Shown here piece after piece: positions 1 to 7,888 of a stretch of DNA of 26,369 nucleotides. Source of the DNA: a virus (Duplodnaviria; Caudoviricetes); IMG/VR virus record IMGVR_UViG_3300012352_000229, positions 1 through 26,369 of that record. The stretch is one strand, 5' to 3'. Position 1 is the first letter of the stretch, and each line of letters begins with the position of its first letter. The notes under the pieces were generated by a model. The model searched no databases, was not told the DNA's origin, and worked only from the letters and a program-made list of their open reading frames with translations. The position numbers and the translations under genes are program-made.

Positions 1-326
1 AGGGCGACACGATTGGTACTTACGAAGGTGACTTCAACTACACCTACCAGATTGATGACTCTTGGGTTATGGACCAAACTGGTGCAGATAACACTTCTGC
101 CCTGTTCCTGAACCCTGACGTTATCCAGTGGGGTAGCTTGCGTGAACTGGGTCCAAACAACGAAGTGTTCAGTTCTGCTGACGCTTCCTTGGACCAGTAC
201 ATCATGGAAGGTACGCTGATTGTGCGTAACCCAGCAGGTGTGGCTGTGTTGGCTGCTATCAGCCCAACTGGCGCTGCTGTGACTGCTCCTCGTGCTGCTG
301 GTCAAGTCCAGCGTTACCTGGCTTAA
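1..326 (+). CDS. Major capsid protein, C-terminal part (SU10/DUF5309-like), 5' truncated by the window
   Basis: The frame is open from position 3 (GDTIGTYEGDFNYTYQIDDSWVM...QYIMEGTLIVRNPAGVAVL). This resembles the 'YxSDFG...' and 'ExTLxVxNPxA' ends of DUF5309-type capsids. Strong codon bias, a downstream hairpin and downstream head genes fit. Confidence 0.75.
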   Translation, partial: GDTIGTYEGDFNYTYQIDDSWVMDQTGADNTSALFLNPDVIQWGSLRELGPNNEVFSSADASLDQYIMEGTLIVRNPAGVAVLAAISPTGAAVTAPRAAGQVQRYLA

Positions 327-334
327 GCTTCAAA

Positions 335-376
335 GCTTTTCTGAAGGGGCTCCGAAAGGAGCTCCTTTGGTAAAGC
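335..376 (+). terminator. Long GAAA-tetraloop hairpin after the capsid gene (weak terminator, attenuator or processing site)
   Basis: GCTTTTCTGAAGGGGCTCC-GAAA-GGAGCTCCTTTGGTAAAGC forms a 19-position stem with 1 mismatch and 3 G-U pairs. There is no long U-tract after it. Confidence 0.65.
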
Positions 377-388
377 ATGGAGAAAGCA

Positions 389-886
389 ATGACTGAAGAC
401 CAAGACATCAAAGTTAACGAGAAATACTATTCAGAAGGCATTCTGGAAGGCGGCATTGACGGTGTTTTTCGTCATAACGACAAACTGTATAACGAAGTTA
501 AATCAGGCACTTGGTCACAAACATTCAAAACAGATAATATTGACTATAAAGTTGGTGCTATTGATGGCACACGATATGTTCAATATAACCAAAAGAACGT
601 AGAGAACGTTAGAGAGTTTTGCAAGCAACAACGTGAGTTCTACAAGATCCACGGTACTGCAAACCCGTTCTTTGCTGGCACTGCTCACATGATGCAACTG
701 CCAAAATGCTTTGCTCATGAAATCAGTTCAAAGTGGTTCAATAACCGTCCCTGGGAATTGATTAAACAAGACAAAGAAGACAAGATTCTGTTTTATGCGA
801 TTGTGAATCAGTACTACAGCGATTTTGTTTGTCACCCTAGCGGAAAAATCCCACTCCCCTATAATCCTGCTGTACCGACCAAATAA
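389..886 (+). CDS. Conserved post-capsid virion/head completion protein (putative)
   Basis: The ORF starts at 377 or 389; GGAGA lies upstream of the ATG at 389. It sits between the capsid and adaptor genes. Confidence 0.55.
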   Translation: MTEDQDIKVNEKYYSEGILEGGIDGVFRHNDKLYNEVKSGTWSQTFKTDNIDYKVGAIDGTRYVQYNQKNVENVREFCKQQREFYKIHGTANPFFAGTAHMMQLPKCFAHEISSKWFNNRPWELIKQDKEDKILFYAIVNQYYSDFVCHPSGKIPLPYNPAVPTK

Positions 887-895
887 GGATGGATC

Positions 896-1879
896 ATGTC
901 TCTATATATTCAATCTGCGAACTCTTTGGTCAGCCGTGTTGCAGGTTGGGTCGGGGCAATTCCATCTTCTATTAACATTAACGTCACAGCGGTAAACACA
1001 ACCACAGGTGTTTTGACAACATCTGCTGACGCAACTGCTTTGGTAAGTCCTGGCGACTTTATCAGCCCAAACATTCGTGGTCCTTTTACGGCCATTTTGT
1101 CCACAACCAGCACAACCATTACTGTCAGCGATCCTGATGACACATGGAGTGGGCTGACTCTTCCTGTTGCAATTCTGAAGATTCCTACTCAATCTTCTAT
1201 TGAGATCATGAATTGCGTCCAAATGGCAGAGTTGAAGATGCGGACGATTGAGCTTCCTGCTTTGCGTTCAAATCCTTACGATCCAAACAACCCCACCATT
1301 TTGACAACCAACGCAGAGGGTATGGCTCCTATCCCTGCGGACATGGTGTTCCCAATCTTGTTTTTCCAAGAGTCACCGCCTTCTGACCAACCACCAGGTG
1401 CATCTGCCTTGGGCCCTTGGATTGTGTATGACCGTGTGGGTGACCGAGAAATCATTCGTCGCAGGATGATTGACCAACTGTACATTCGGCCTTTTGGTGT
1501 TCCTCGGGTTATTCGTGCTTCTTTCTCTGAAGTCGGTCCCAACTATGTGTTTACGCCAAACCCTGGTGATAACGTCACCATCAAGGCTTATTATCAAAAG
1601 ACATTCCCATTCTTGTTTAGCCCAACTGGTGATGCAAGTGATCCTATTGTGCAAAGCAATGCAATTCTCGCCTCGTTCCCTGAGGGTTATTTGTATGGCA
1701 CTTTGCAGTGCTATTACGACAAAAACAAGAATGTGGAAGAAGCTCAAAAATGGCAAGTTCGTTTTGACGATTCATACGGTCTGATTGAAGACCAAAACTA
1801 CAAAGGCAAATGGCGTGGTGGAGATCAGCATTTGACCTCCGAATTCCAGCCTCGCAACTACCGTTACAGCTTCAAGTAA
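896..1879 (+). CDS. Head-tail adaptor protein with an inserted beta-rich domain
   Basis: N-terminal 'LVSRVAGWVG...VQMAELKMR...IPADM' and C-terminal 'SNAILASFPEGYLYGTL...EEAQKW' match podophage adaptor patterns. AAGGA RBS. Confidence 0.65.
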   Translation: MSLYIQSANSLVSRVAGWVGAIPSSININVTAVNTTTGVLTTSADATALVSPGDFISPNIRGPFTAILSTTSTTITVSDPDDTWSGLTLPVAILKIPTQSSIEIMNCVQMAELKMRTIELPALRSNPYDPNNPTILTTNAEGMAPIPADMVFPILFFQESPPSDQPPGASALGPWIVYDRVGDREIIRRRMIDQLYIRPFGVPRVIRASFSEVGPNYVFTPNPGDNVTIKAYYQKTFPFLFSPTGDASDPIVQSNAILASFPEGYLYGTLQCYYDKNKNVEEAQKWQVRFDDSYGLIEDQNYKGKWRGGDQHLTSEFQPRNYRYSFK

Positions 1880-1888
1880 GGAAAAAAC

Positions 1889-4800
1889 ATGGCAACCAGC
1901 AGCCTTTACGGGACATCTTCCGAATCAACAGGTTTGTATGGCATTGGTGCTGCTTCTGGCGGCACTTATTTTGAATGGTTTATTTTTCAAGATTCTGCAA
2001 CTGCTCCAGCAACACCCACAGGTGGCTCTTGGAGCTTTACAACCAATACTGGTACTGCTCCATCAGGATGGTTGAATGCACCTCCTGCAAGCCCTGTTAA
2101 CCAGGTTTGGGTGTCGATTGCTGTTGTTGATTCCCGCAGCACATCTACGCTTACTTGGTCTACTCCAGGATTGATGACTGGATCTGGCCTTCCTGTGCTT
2201 ACAGGTGCTGGTGTTCCTTCTTCTGGTACTGGCTTGAATGGTCAGTTGTACATCAATACAAGCACAACCCCTCAAAGTCTGTACAACAAGCAATCTGGTG
2301 CTTGGGTTCAGTTGACTGGCTCTACGTTGTACGCAACTGCTGGTGCTAACACCAACATCACCTCTTTGACAGGCATTACTGGTGGGATTAGCTCTCCTAC
2401 TTACTTGCAGTTGAGCACTTCTGGTGGTGGTTCTTCTGCTGTGGGTAAATTCCAATGGGATTCAACATTTGGTGGTCCAGCAGTTGGTATGGCTGGTGGC
2501 AATACAACTCTTAACATTGGTCAAGACGAGTTTGTCTATGTGTATAACAACACTGGATCGACCATCACCAAAGGTCAGGTTGTTTATGTTTCTGGCTCTC
2601 AAGGCCAAAGATTGACTGTTGGTTTGGCTCAAGCCAATGCTGATGCCACATCTATTTCTGTTCTTGGATTTGCCAATGAATCTATTGCAAACAACTCCTC
2701 TGGTTTTGTTGCTTCTGTAGGTTTGGTTTCTGGCATCAACACTAACGGCTTTGCTGATGGTGTTTCAATCTGGCTGTCTCCAACAGTCCCTGGTGGATTC
2801 ACAGTAACAAAACCTGTTGCTCCTAACCATTTGGTGCTTCTTGGTTATGTTGTTAAAGGTGGCAGTACTGGTGGTGGCTCTATTTTTGTGTTTACACAGA
2901 ATGGTTATGAGCTGGATGAGCTGCATGATGTCCGGATTACCAGTGTTGCCAACAAGAACTTGTTGCAATACGACAGCTCGGTTCCTGCTTGGGTGAACAT
3001 TGCTGGTCCTAGCGGTGCGATTGTTGGAACTACTGATACACAAACATTGACCAACAAGTCAATTAGCGGATCAGCAAACACTCTGACCAACATTCCAAAT
3101 TCTGCATTGGTGTATGACAGCGTTAACGTCAATGGCGTTGATCTGACTTTGGGTGCTGTCCAGTTGTTGGGTGCTGATTGGATTTTGCCTTCTTACGCAG
3201 GTAACGCTGGTAAGGTTTTGGCTATAAACCCTTCTGCAAGTAATGTTCAGTGGATTGCTGCTGGTGGTGTTGGTACTGTTACAAGCGTTGACGTATCTGG
3301 TGGCACTACTGGTTTGACCACATTCAATGGTCCTATTACTGCTGCTGGAACGATTACCCTGGGTGGTACTTTGTCGATTGCCAACGGCGGTACAGGTCAA
3401 ACATCTGCAACTGCTGCTTTTAACGCTCTTGCACCTTCACAAACAGGCAACAGCGGAAAGTATCTGACTACTGATGGCACAAATACTTCATGGGCTGCTA
3501 ACCCATTGGGTACGGTAACTTCTGTTGGTGGTACGGGAACTGTTAATGGCCTGACATTGACTGGCACTGTTACCACCTCGGGTAACCTGACATTGGGCGG
3601 TACGCTTGATCTTACAAGCCCACCAGCAATTGGTTCTACTACAGCGAACACTGGTGCTTTTACTACGCTGTCTGCATCGTCTACTGTCACCCTTTCTGGT
3701 GGCACAGCCAACGGCGTGGCTTACCTCAACGGCTCCAAAGTCCTGACCACTGGGTCTGCGCTGACGTTTGATGGGACATCGCTTGCAACTACGGGACTTG
3801 TCAGTGCTGCTGGCGGGGCGTTTAGCGGAAACATCAACCCAACATCCGGGTCTTCTGTAGAAATCACCTACGTTTCTGGTGTTGGCTACGTTACATCGTA
3901 CAACCGCACTTCATCTGCTTGGACAGATTTGTATTTCAGGGCTGGCACAAACACAATTTGGTCTGCTTCTGGAACCGAAGCCATGCGCCTGACCGGCACA
4001 GGTCTGGGTATTGGTACGAGTTCGCCTTCTTATAAGTTGGATGTTGTTGGTGCGCTTCGCGTAACCAATGGTGCTGGCAATGAAGCGCTTTTGGTTACTG
4101 GAAATTCAAATACAGCAAGTCTCCAGCAGAACGGTTCTGCGCTCTACTTCAACAGCAATACAAACACCACTGGCGGTTCATTCGTATGGCGAAATTCAAG
4201 TTCGTATACAACACTGGCAACCCTCGACTCCTCCGGCAACCTCGGCTTGGGGGTTACTCCGAGTGCTTGGAATGCCACGAACATCAAGGCGCTACAAATC
4301 TCCAATGGCGGCTTTGCAAACAATGGCGGCTCTGGATTTATCACCAACAACGCTTTTTACACTGGTGGTGGAGCTTATACACCCACCTACATCGCATCTA
4401 ACCCAGCGCAAATGATTGCGTTCAACCGTGCTGGTGGCAACGACATTCAGTTCCTGACAGCAGCCTCCGGCACAGCAGGTAACGCTATCAGCTTCACGCA
4501 AGCGATGACGCTGGATGCGAGTGGTAATTTGTTGGTGGGGACTACGAGTCAAGTTTTAGGTACTGCGCGGGCTGTTTTTGATACATCAGGCTTGGGGGTC
4601 GTTTCAAGAACTAGCGCTGGTGCATCAGAGGCCGCCATAACAGCTATAAATTCTGCAACAACGGGCAATAACCAATTTGTGTGGTTTTACTCTGATTCAA
4701 ATGTCTTTAGAGGCTCTATTGAGTTCAATCGTGGCGCGGGCCTTGTTTCGTACAACACCACATCTGACTACCGTGCTAAAGACATCTTTGGCCCCGTAAC

Positions 4801-5044
4801 TGACAGCGGTGCATTGATTGACTCAACCCCTGTGTACATGGGCAAGATGAAAGGCGCTACACAAGAGCGCCCGATGTTCATTGCTCACGAAACGCCTGAG
4901 TACGCTCACACCGGCGAAAAAGATGCCGTGGATGCTGAAGGCAACCCTGTGTTCCAGCAGATGGACGCAAGCGCTCTTATCCCGGTGATGTGGGCTGAGA
5001 TTCAATCTCTCCGCGCTCGTCTTGCAGCAGCAGGTATTGCATGA
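1889..5044 (+). CDS. Tail fibre protein with C-terminal intramolecular chaperone (peptidase S74-like)
   Basis: 1051 aa, G/T/S-rich. Contains fibre motifs (GTVTSV, GGTGQTSA, EAMRLT..GLGIGTSSP, LDSSGNLGLG), then 'YNTTSDYRAK' and a C-terminal helix 'LIPVMWAEIQSLRARL'. Confidence 0.85.
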   Translation: MATSSLYGTSSESTGLYGIGAASGGTYFEWFIFQDSATAPATPTGGSWSFTTNTGTAPSGWLNAPPASPVNQVWVSIAVVDSRSTSTLTWSTPGLMTGSGLPVLTGAGVPSSGTGLNGQLYINTSTTPQSLYNKQSGAWVQLTGSTLYATAGANTNITSLTGITGGISSPTYLQLSTSGGGSSAVGKFQWDSTFGGPAVGMAGGNTTLNIGQDEFVYVYNNTGSTITKGQVVYVSGSQGQRLTVGLAQANADATSISVLGFANESIANNSSGFVASVGLVSGINTNGFADGVSIWLSPTVPGGFTVTKPVAPNHLVLLGYVVKGGSTGGGSIFVFTQNGYELDELHDVRITSVANKNLLQYDSSVPAWVNIAGPSGAIVGTTDTQTLTNKSISGSANTLTNIPNSALVYDSVNVNGVDLTLGAVQLLGADWILPSYAGNAGKVLAINPSASNVQWIAAGGVGTVTSVDVSGGTTGLTTFNGPITAAGTITLGGTLSIANGGTGQTSATAAFNALAPSQTGNSGKYLTTDGTNTSWAANPLGTVTSVGGTGTVNGLTLTGTVTTSGNLTLGGTLDLTSPPAIGSTTANTGAFTTLSASSTVTLSGGTANGVAYLNGSKVLTTGSALTFDGTSLATTGLVSAAGGAFSGNINPTSGSSVEITYVSGVGYVTSYNRTSSAWTDLYFRAGTNTIWSASGTEAMRLTGTGLGIGTSSPSYKLDVVGALRVTNGAGNEALLVTGNSNTASLQQNGSALYFNSNTNTTGGSFVWRNSSSYTTLATLDSSGNLGLGVTPSAWNATNIKALQISNGGFANNGGSGFITNNAFYTGGGAYTPTYIASNPAQMIAFNRAGGNDIQFLTAASGTAGNAISFTQAMTLDASGNLLVGTTSQVLGTARAVFDTSGLGVVSRTSAGASEAAITAINSATTGNNQFVWFYSDSNVFRGSIEFNRGAGLVSYNTTSDYRAKDIFGPVTDSGALIDSTPVYMGKMKGATQERPMFIAHETPEYAHTGEKDAVDAEGNPVFQQMDASALIPVMWAEIQSLRARLAAAGIA

Positions 5045-5295
5045 TCGAACGCATCCTGACCCGCTTGAACTCGATCCCTGCTGACAAGGTGTTTCACTTT
5101 GCTGGTGGGGCAATCTTGTTTGCTGCGGCTGTGCCGTTCATGCCGCCTGCTTATGCTTTGGCTGTGGCTGTCGTTGCTGGGTTTGTCAAAGAACTGTACG
5201 ACAACCTGAACAAGACCAAACACACTCCTGATGTCTGGGACGCTCTGGCTACATCTGCTGGCGGCGCTCTGGGTTTTTTCTGCACTTTCTACTGA
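5041..5295 (+). CDS. Small membrane protein with VanZ-like 'DKxxHF' motif
   Basis: DKVFHFAGGAI...KELYD...DVWDALAT with hydrophobic segments. ATGA overlap with the fibre stop codon. Confidence 0.6.
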   Translation: MIERILTRLNSIPADKVFHFAGGAILFAAAVPFMPPAYALAVAVVAGFVKELYDNLNKTKHTPDVWDALATSAGGALGFFCTFY

Positions 5296-5304
5296 GGACT
5301 CATC

Positions 5305-5613
5305 ATGACCATTACTTGGAAAATCACACAATGTGACCGACTGACCTCGGACAACTTCATCACCACTGCCCATTGGACTGCAACAGCCGTTGATGGCGAT
5401 TACAGTGCCTCCATCTATTCAACCTGTGCTTTTACCAAGCCTGAGGCAAACGTTGATTTGACGCCTTACGATGAGGTTACAGAACAAGACGTTCTTGGTT
5501 GGTGCTGGTCTGACGGTGTAGACAAAGACGCTACCGAAGCTGCTTTGATTGCTCAGATTGAATTGCAAAAGAATCCTGTCATTGCTGCTGGTGTGCCTTG
5601 GGCTACGGCATAA
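5305..5613 (+). CDS. Tail-fibre-associated small protein
   Basis: GAGGA RBS. MTITWKITQCDR...PYDEVTEQDVLGW...GVPW is a pattern commonly seen after phage fibres. Confidence 0.6.
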   Translation: MTITWKITQCDRLTSDNFITTAHWTATAVDGDYSASIYSTCAFTKPEANVDLTPYDEVTEQDVLGWCWSDGVDKDATEAALIAQIELQKNPVIAAGVPWATA

Positions 5614-5650
5614 TCCAAACAGGCAATCCGCCTATAACCAAGGAATTGAA

Positions 5651-5797
5651 ATGGAATTGAAACTTGAAGCAAATGAGATCAACTTTATCTTGCAAGTATT
5701 GGGAGAGTTGCCTAGCAAAACTGGTTGCTTTCCCTTGATTGTCAAGATTAAAGAACAGGCTGAATCTCAAATACCCAAAGAAGAACCTGTGCAATAA
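5651..5797 (+). CDS. Small hypothetical protein (48 aa), possible fibre chaperone
   Basis: AAGGA RBS, then MELKLEANEINFILQVLGELP...; this is a better start than the one in the ORF track. Confidence 0.6.
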   Translation: MELKLEANEINFILQVLGELPSKTGCFPLIVKIKEQAESQIPKEEPVQ

Positions 5798-5805
5798 GGT
5801 ACACC

Positions 5806-6294
5806 ATGAGCGATTACACGCAAGCCTACTTTTCTTCTTTCTTTGAATATAAAGAAGGAAACTTGCTTTGGAAAAAAGACAGAGCAAGAGGAAAAATAAA
5901 AGCTGGAAGTGTAGCTGGCAATGTCACTTCAAGCGGGTATTTGCGTGTGATGCTTGATTACAAAGAATACCCATTGCACAGAATTGTTTTTTTCTTGCAT
6001 CATGGGTATTTTCCTGTTGTTGTTGACCATATCAATGGCAACACACTAGACAATCGTATTGAAAATTTGAGAGACGCAACAGATCAAACGAATCAATACA
6101 ATCGCAAACGCGGTAAAAATAACTCTAGCGGGTGCAAGAATGTTTCTTGGAACAAAACAAACAATGTTTGGCAAGTTCACATTAGATGCAATAAAAAAGT
6201 TAAAAGTTGGTATGTAAAAGATTTTGAACTTGCCGAGCTTATTGCAAATGAAGCAAGGGCTTTGTATCACGGAGATTTTGCAAATCATGGCTGA
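5806..6294 (+). CDS. Free-standing HNH homing endonuclease with AP2-like C-terminal domain
   Basis: HRIVF...VVDHINGNTLDNRIENLR (HNH), then NSSGCKNVSW...ARALYHGDFA. AT-rich relative to its flanks. Confidence 0.9.
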   Translation: MSDYTQAYFSSFFEYKEGNLLWKKDRARGKIKAGSVAGNVTSSGYLRVMLDYKEYPLHRIVFFLHHGYFPVVVDHINGNTLDNRIENLRDATDQTNQYNRKRGKNNSSGCKNVSWNKTNNVWQVHIRCNKKVKSWYVKDFELAELIANEARALYHGDFANHG

Positions 6295-7888
6295 CTATCA
6301 AAGATTACGTACTCCATTTATAAATCTCAGCTTTACGCCTGATGTGCCTAGTAACGCTCTTGGAACAACCGAATACAACAGTGGCCTGAATGTTGAGGCC
6401 GATGTTCGTGGTATCAAAAAGGTTGGTGGAGAGGAGGAAATCCTCTCTGCCATTCCTGGTAACACAGTATTCATGGAAGGTGGTTTCCGCACTGAAGCCA
6501 TATGGGTATACGTTGCTGCTACTCGTGAGGGTAAATGGTATATGGTCACTTCCAGTGGCATTACCAATATTACTCCCGGTGTAGGAGCCAATCCAAACGT
6601 AGCTTTGTCTGGTTACTCAGATAACGTCAACATCACAGCTTCTTGGGTTGGTGGTGTTTTGTTTATCAATGACAATTTGCGTAACCCAATGTATTTTTTG
6701 CCAACAGCAACTGAAATTGCTTTGACATCTGATGCTCAATGGAATTACACGCCTAGTGTTAACGCAACTCGTGCTGGGTTTGTTCGTAACTTTTGCTCTC
6801 CAAACGTTGGCAACATCTTGGTTGCAGGTAACCTGACTCAAGACCTGACTGCCGGGACAACTGTTAACTACCCAACAACCATTCGTTGGTCTCAAGCTTT
6901 TGCCAATACTGGCATTCCTCAGACTTGGGTTCCAACTTTGACAAACGTAGCCAACGAACAAGAAGTTCCTGTTCGTGGTCCATTAATTGATGGGTTTGTC
7001 CTTGGTGGCAACTTCTATATGTGCTCCTATTGGGACACAGTAGTGATGTCTCCTATTGCCTATCAAAACAGCACAGCACCAGTATTTGGTGTTCGACTGT
7101 TTAACCAGGGTCGTGGGTTGATCAACAACAACTGCTGGTCAAACACTGATTCAAATGTCTATGGTGTTGATAGCCGAGACATCTGGGTTTTTAACGGTTC
7201 TGATTTCACCCCTCTTGGCAACCAAAAGGTTCGTGATTACTTTTACGGCAATCTGTCTACAACGTATTCTGACCGTGTTTTCATGGTCAACAATACTCAA
7301 AAGAACCAGATTGAGATTTACTACCCTGACCTGACTTCCACTGGTTGGTGTAACAAGATGTTGTCTTGGCGGTATGACCTGCAAATATGGAATGCCCCCA
7401 AAGACATTGCCAATGCTTGTATGGGCACAGAAGGCCCTGTATTCACCTCAGGAGCGTTTAAATACGCATCCCGTACTGTTGTATATGCCCAAGGGTCTAC
7501 AGCAGCTTCTAAGATCATTCAGACCAACAGAACTAATGGTTTTAGAGGTGCTGCTATTCCTACTTTGTTTGAGCGTACAAACCTTGTTTTGCAGACAGAA
7601 AAAGGACCTGTTCCTTATTCGTCCAAAGTGTATGTTCACCGTGTTTTGCCTGAGATTGCCGGATCTGGTTCTGTTGACATCACTATTGGTGGTGCTAACT
7701 CAACCCAGCAAAATCCTACTTATGGTGAATCAGGAACTGTTTCTATTGACACAGATAATCCTTGGGTAACAACACAACAAAATGCTGTTCGGACAATATC
7801 AGTTAAGGTAGAGTCAAATGACGCTACAGATGCTTGGAATATGACAGCACTGAACTGGCAAGCAACCATTGTTGAGGACGCTTTCTAA
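6287..7888 (+). CDS. Tail nozzle/stabilisation protein (P22 gp10 / tubular protein B-like)
   Basis: The likely start is the ATG at 6287 (MADYQRLRTPF) with a GGAGA RBS. About 533 aa of beta-propeller-like sequence (IRWSQ, IWVFNGSDF..LGNQKVRDYF, QIEIYYP). Confidence 0.7.
   Translation: MADYQRLRTPFINLSFTPDVPSNALGTTEYNSGLNVEADVRGIKKVGGEEEILSAIPGNTVFMEGGFRTEAIWVYVAATREGKWYMVTSSGITNITPGVGANPNVALSGYSDNVNITASWVGGVLFINDNLRNPMYFLPTATEIALTSDAQWNYTPSVNATRAGFVRNFCSPNVGNILVAGNLTQDLTAGTTVNYPTTIRWSQAFANTGIPQTWVPTLTNVANEQEVPVRGPLIDGFVLGGNFYMCSYWDTVVMSPIAYQNSTAPVFGVRLFNQGRGLINNNCWSNTDSNVYGVDSRDIWVFNGSDFTPLGNQKVRDYFYGNLSTTYSDRVFMVNNTQKNQIEIYYPDLTSTGWCNKMLSWRYDLQIWNAPKDIANACMGTEGPVFTSGAFKYASRTVVYAQGSTAASKIIQTNRTNGFRGAAIPTLFERTNLVLQTEKGPVPYSSKVYVHRVLPEIAGSGSVDITIGGANSTQQNPTYGESGTVSIDTDNPWVTTQQNAVRTISVKVESNDATDAWNMTALNWQATIVEDAF

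Noticed and set aside
5621-5661. AGGC-AATCC-GCCT mini-hairpin and GGAATTGAAA tandem duplication
   Set aside because: A 4-bp stem and a 10-bp repeat are too weak to support a function.
5806-6294. Group I intron around the HNH gene
   Set aside because: There is no flanking non-coding sequence for a ribozyme core; the ORF abuts both neighbours.
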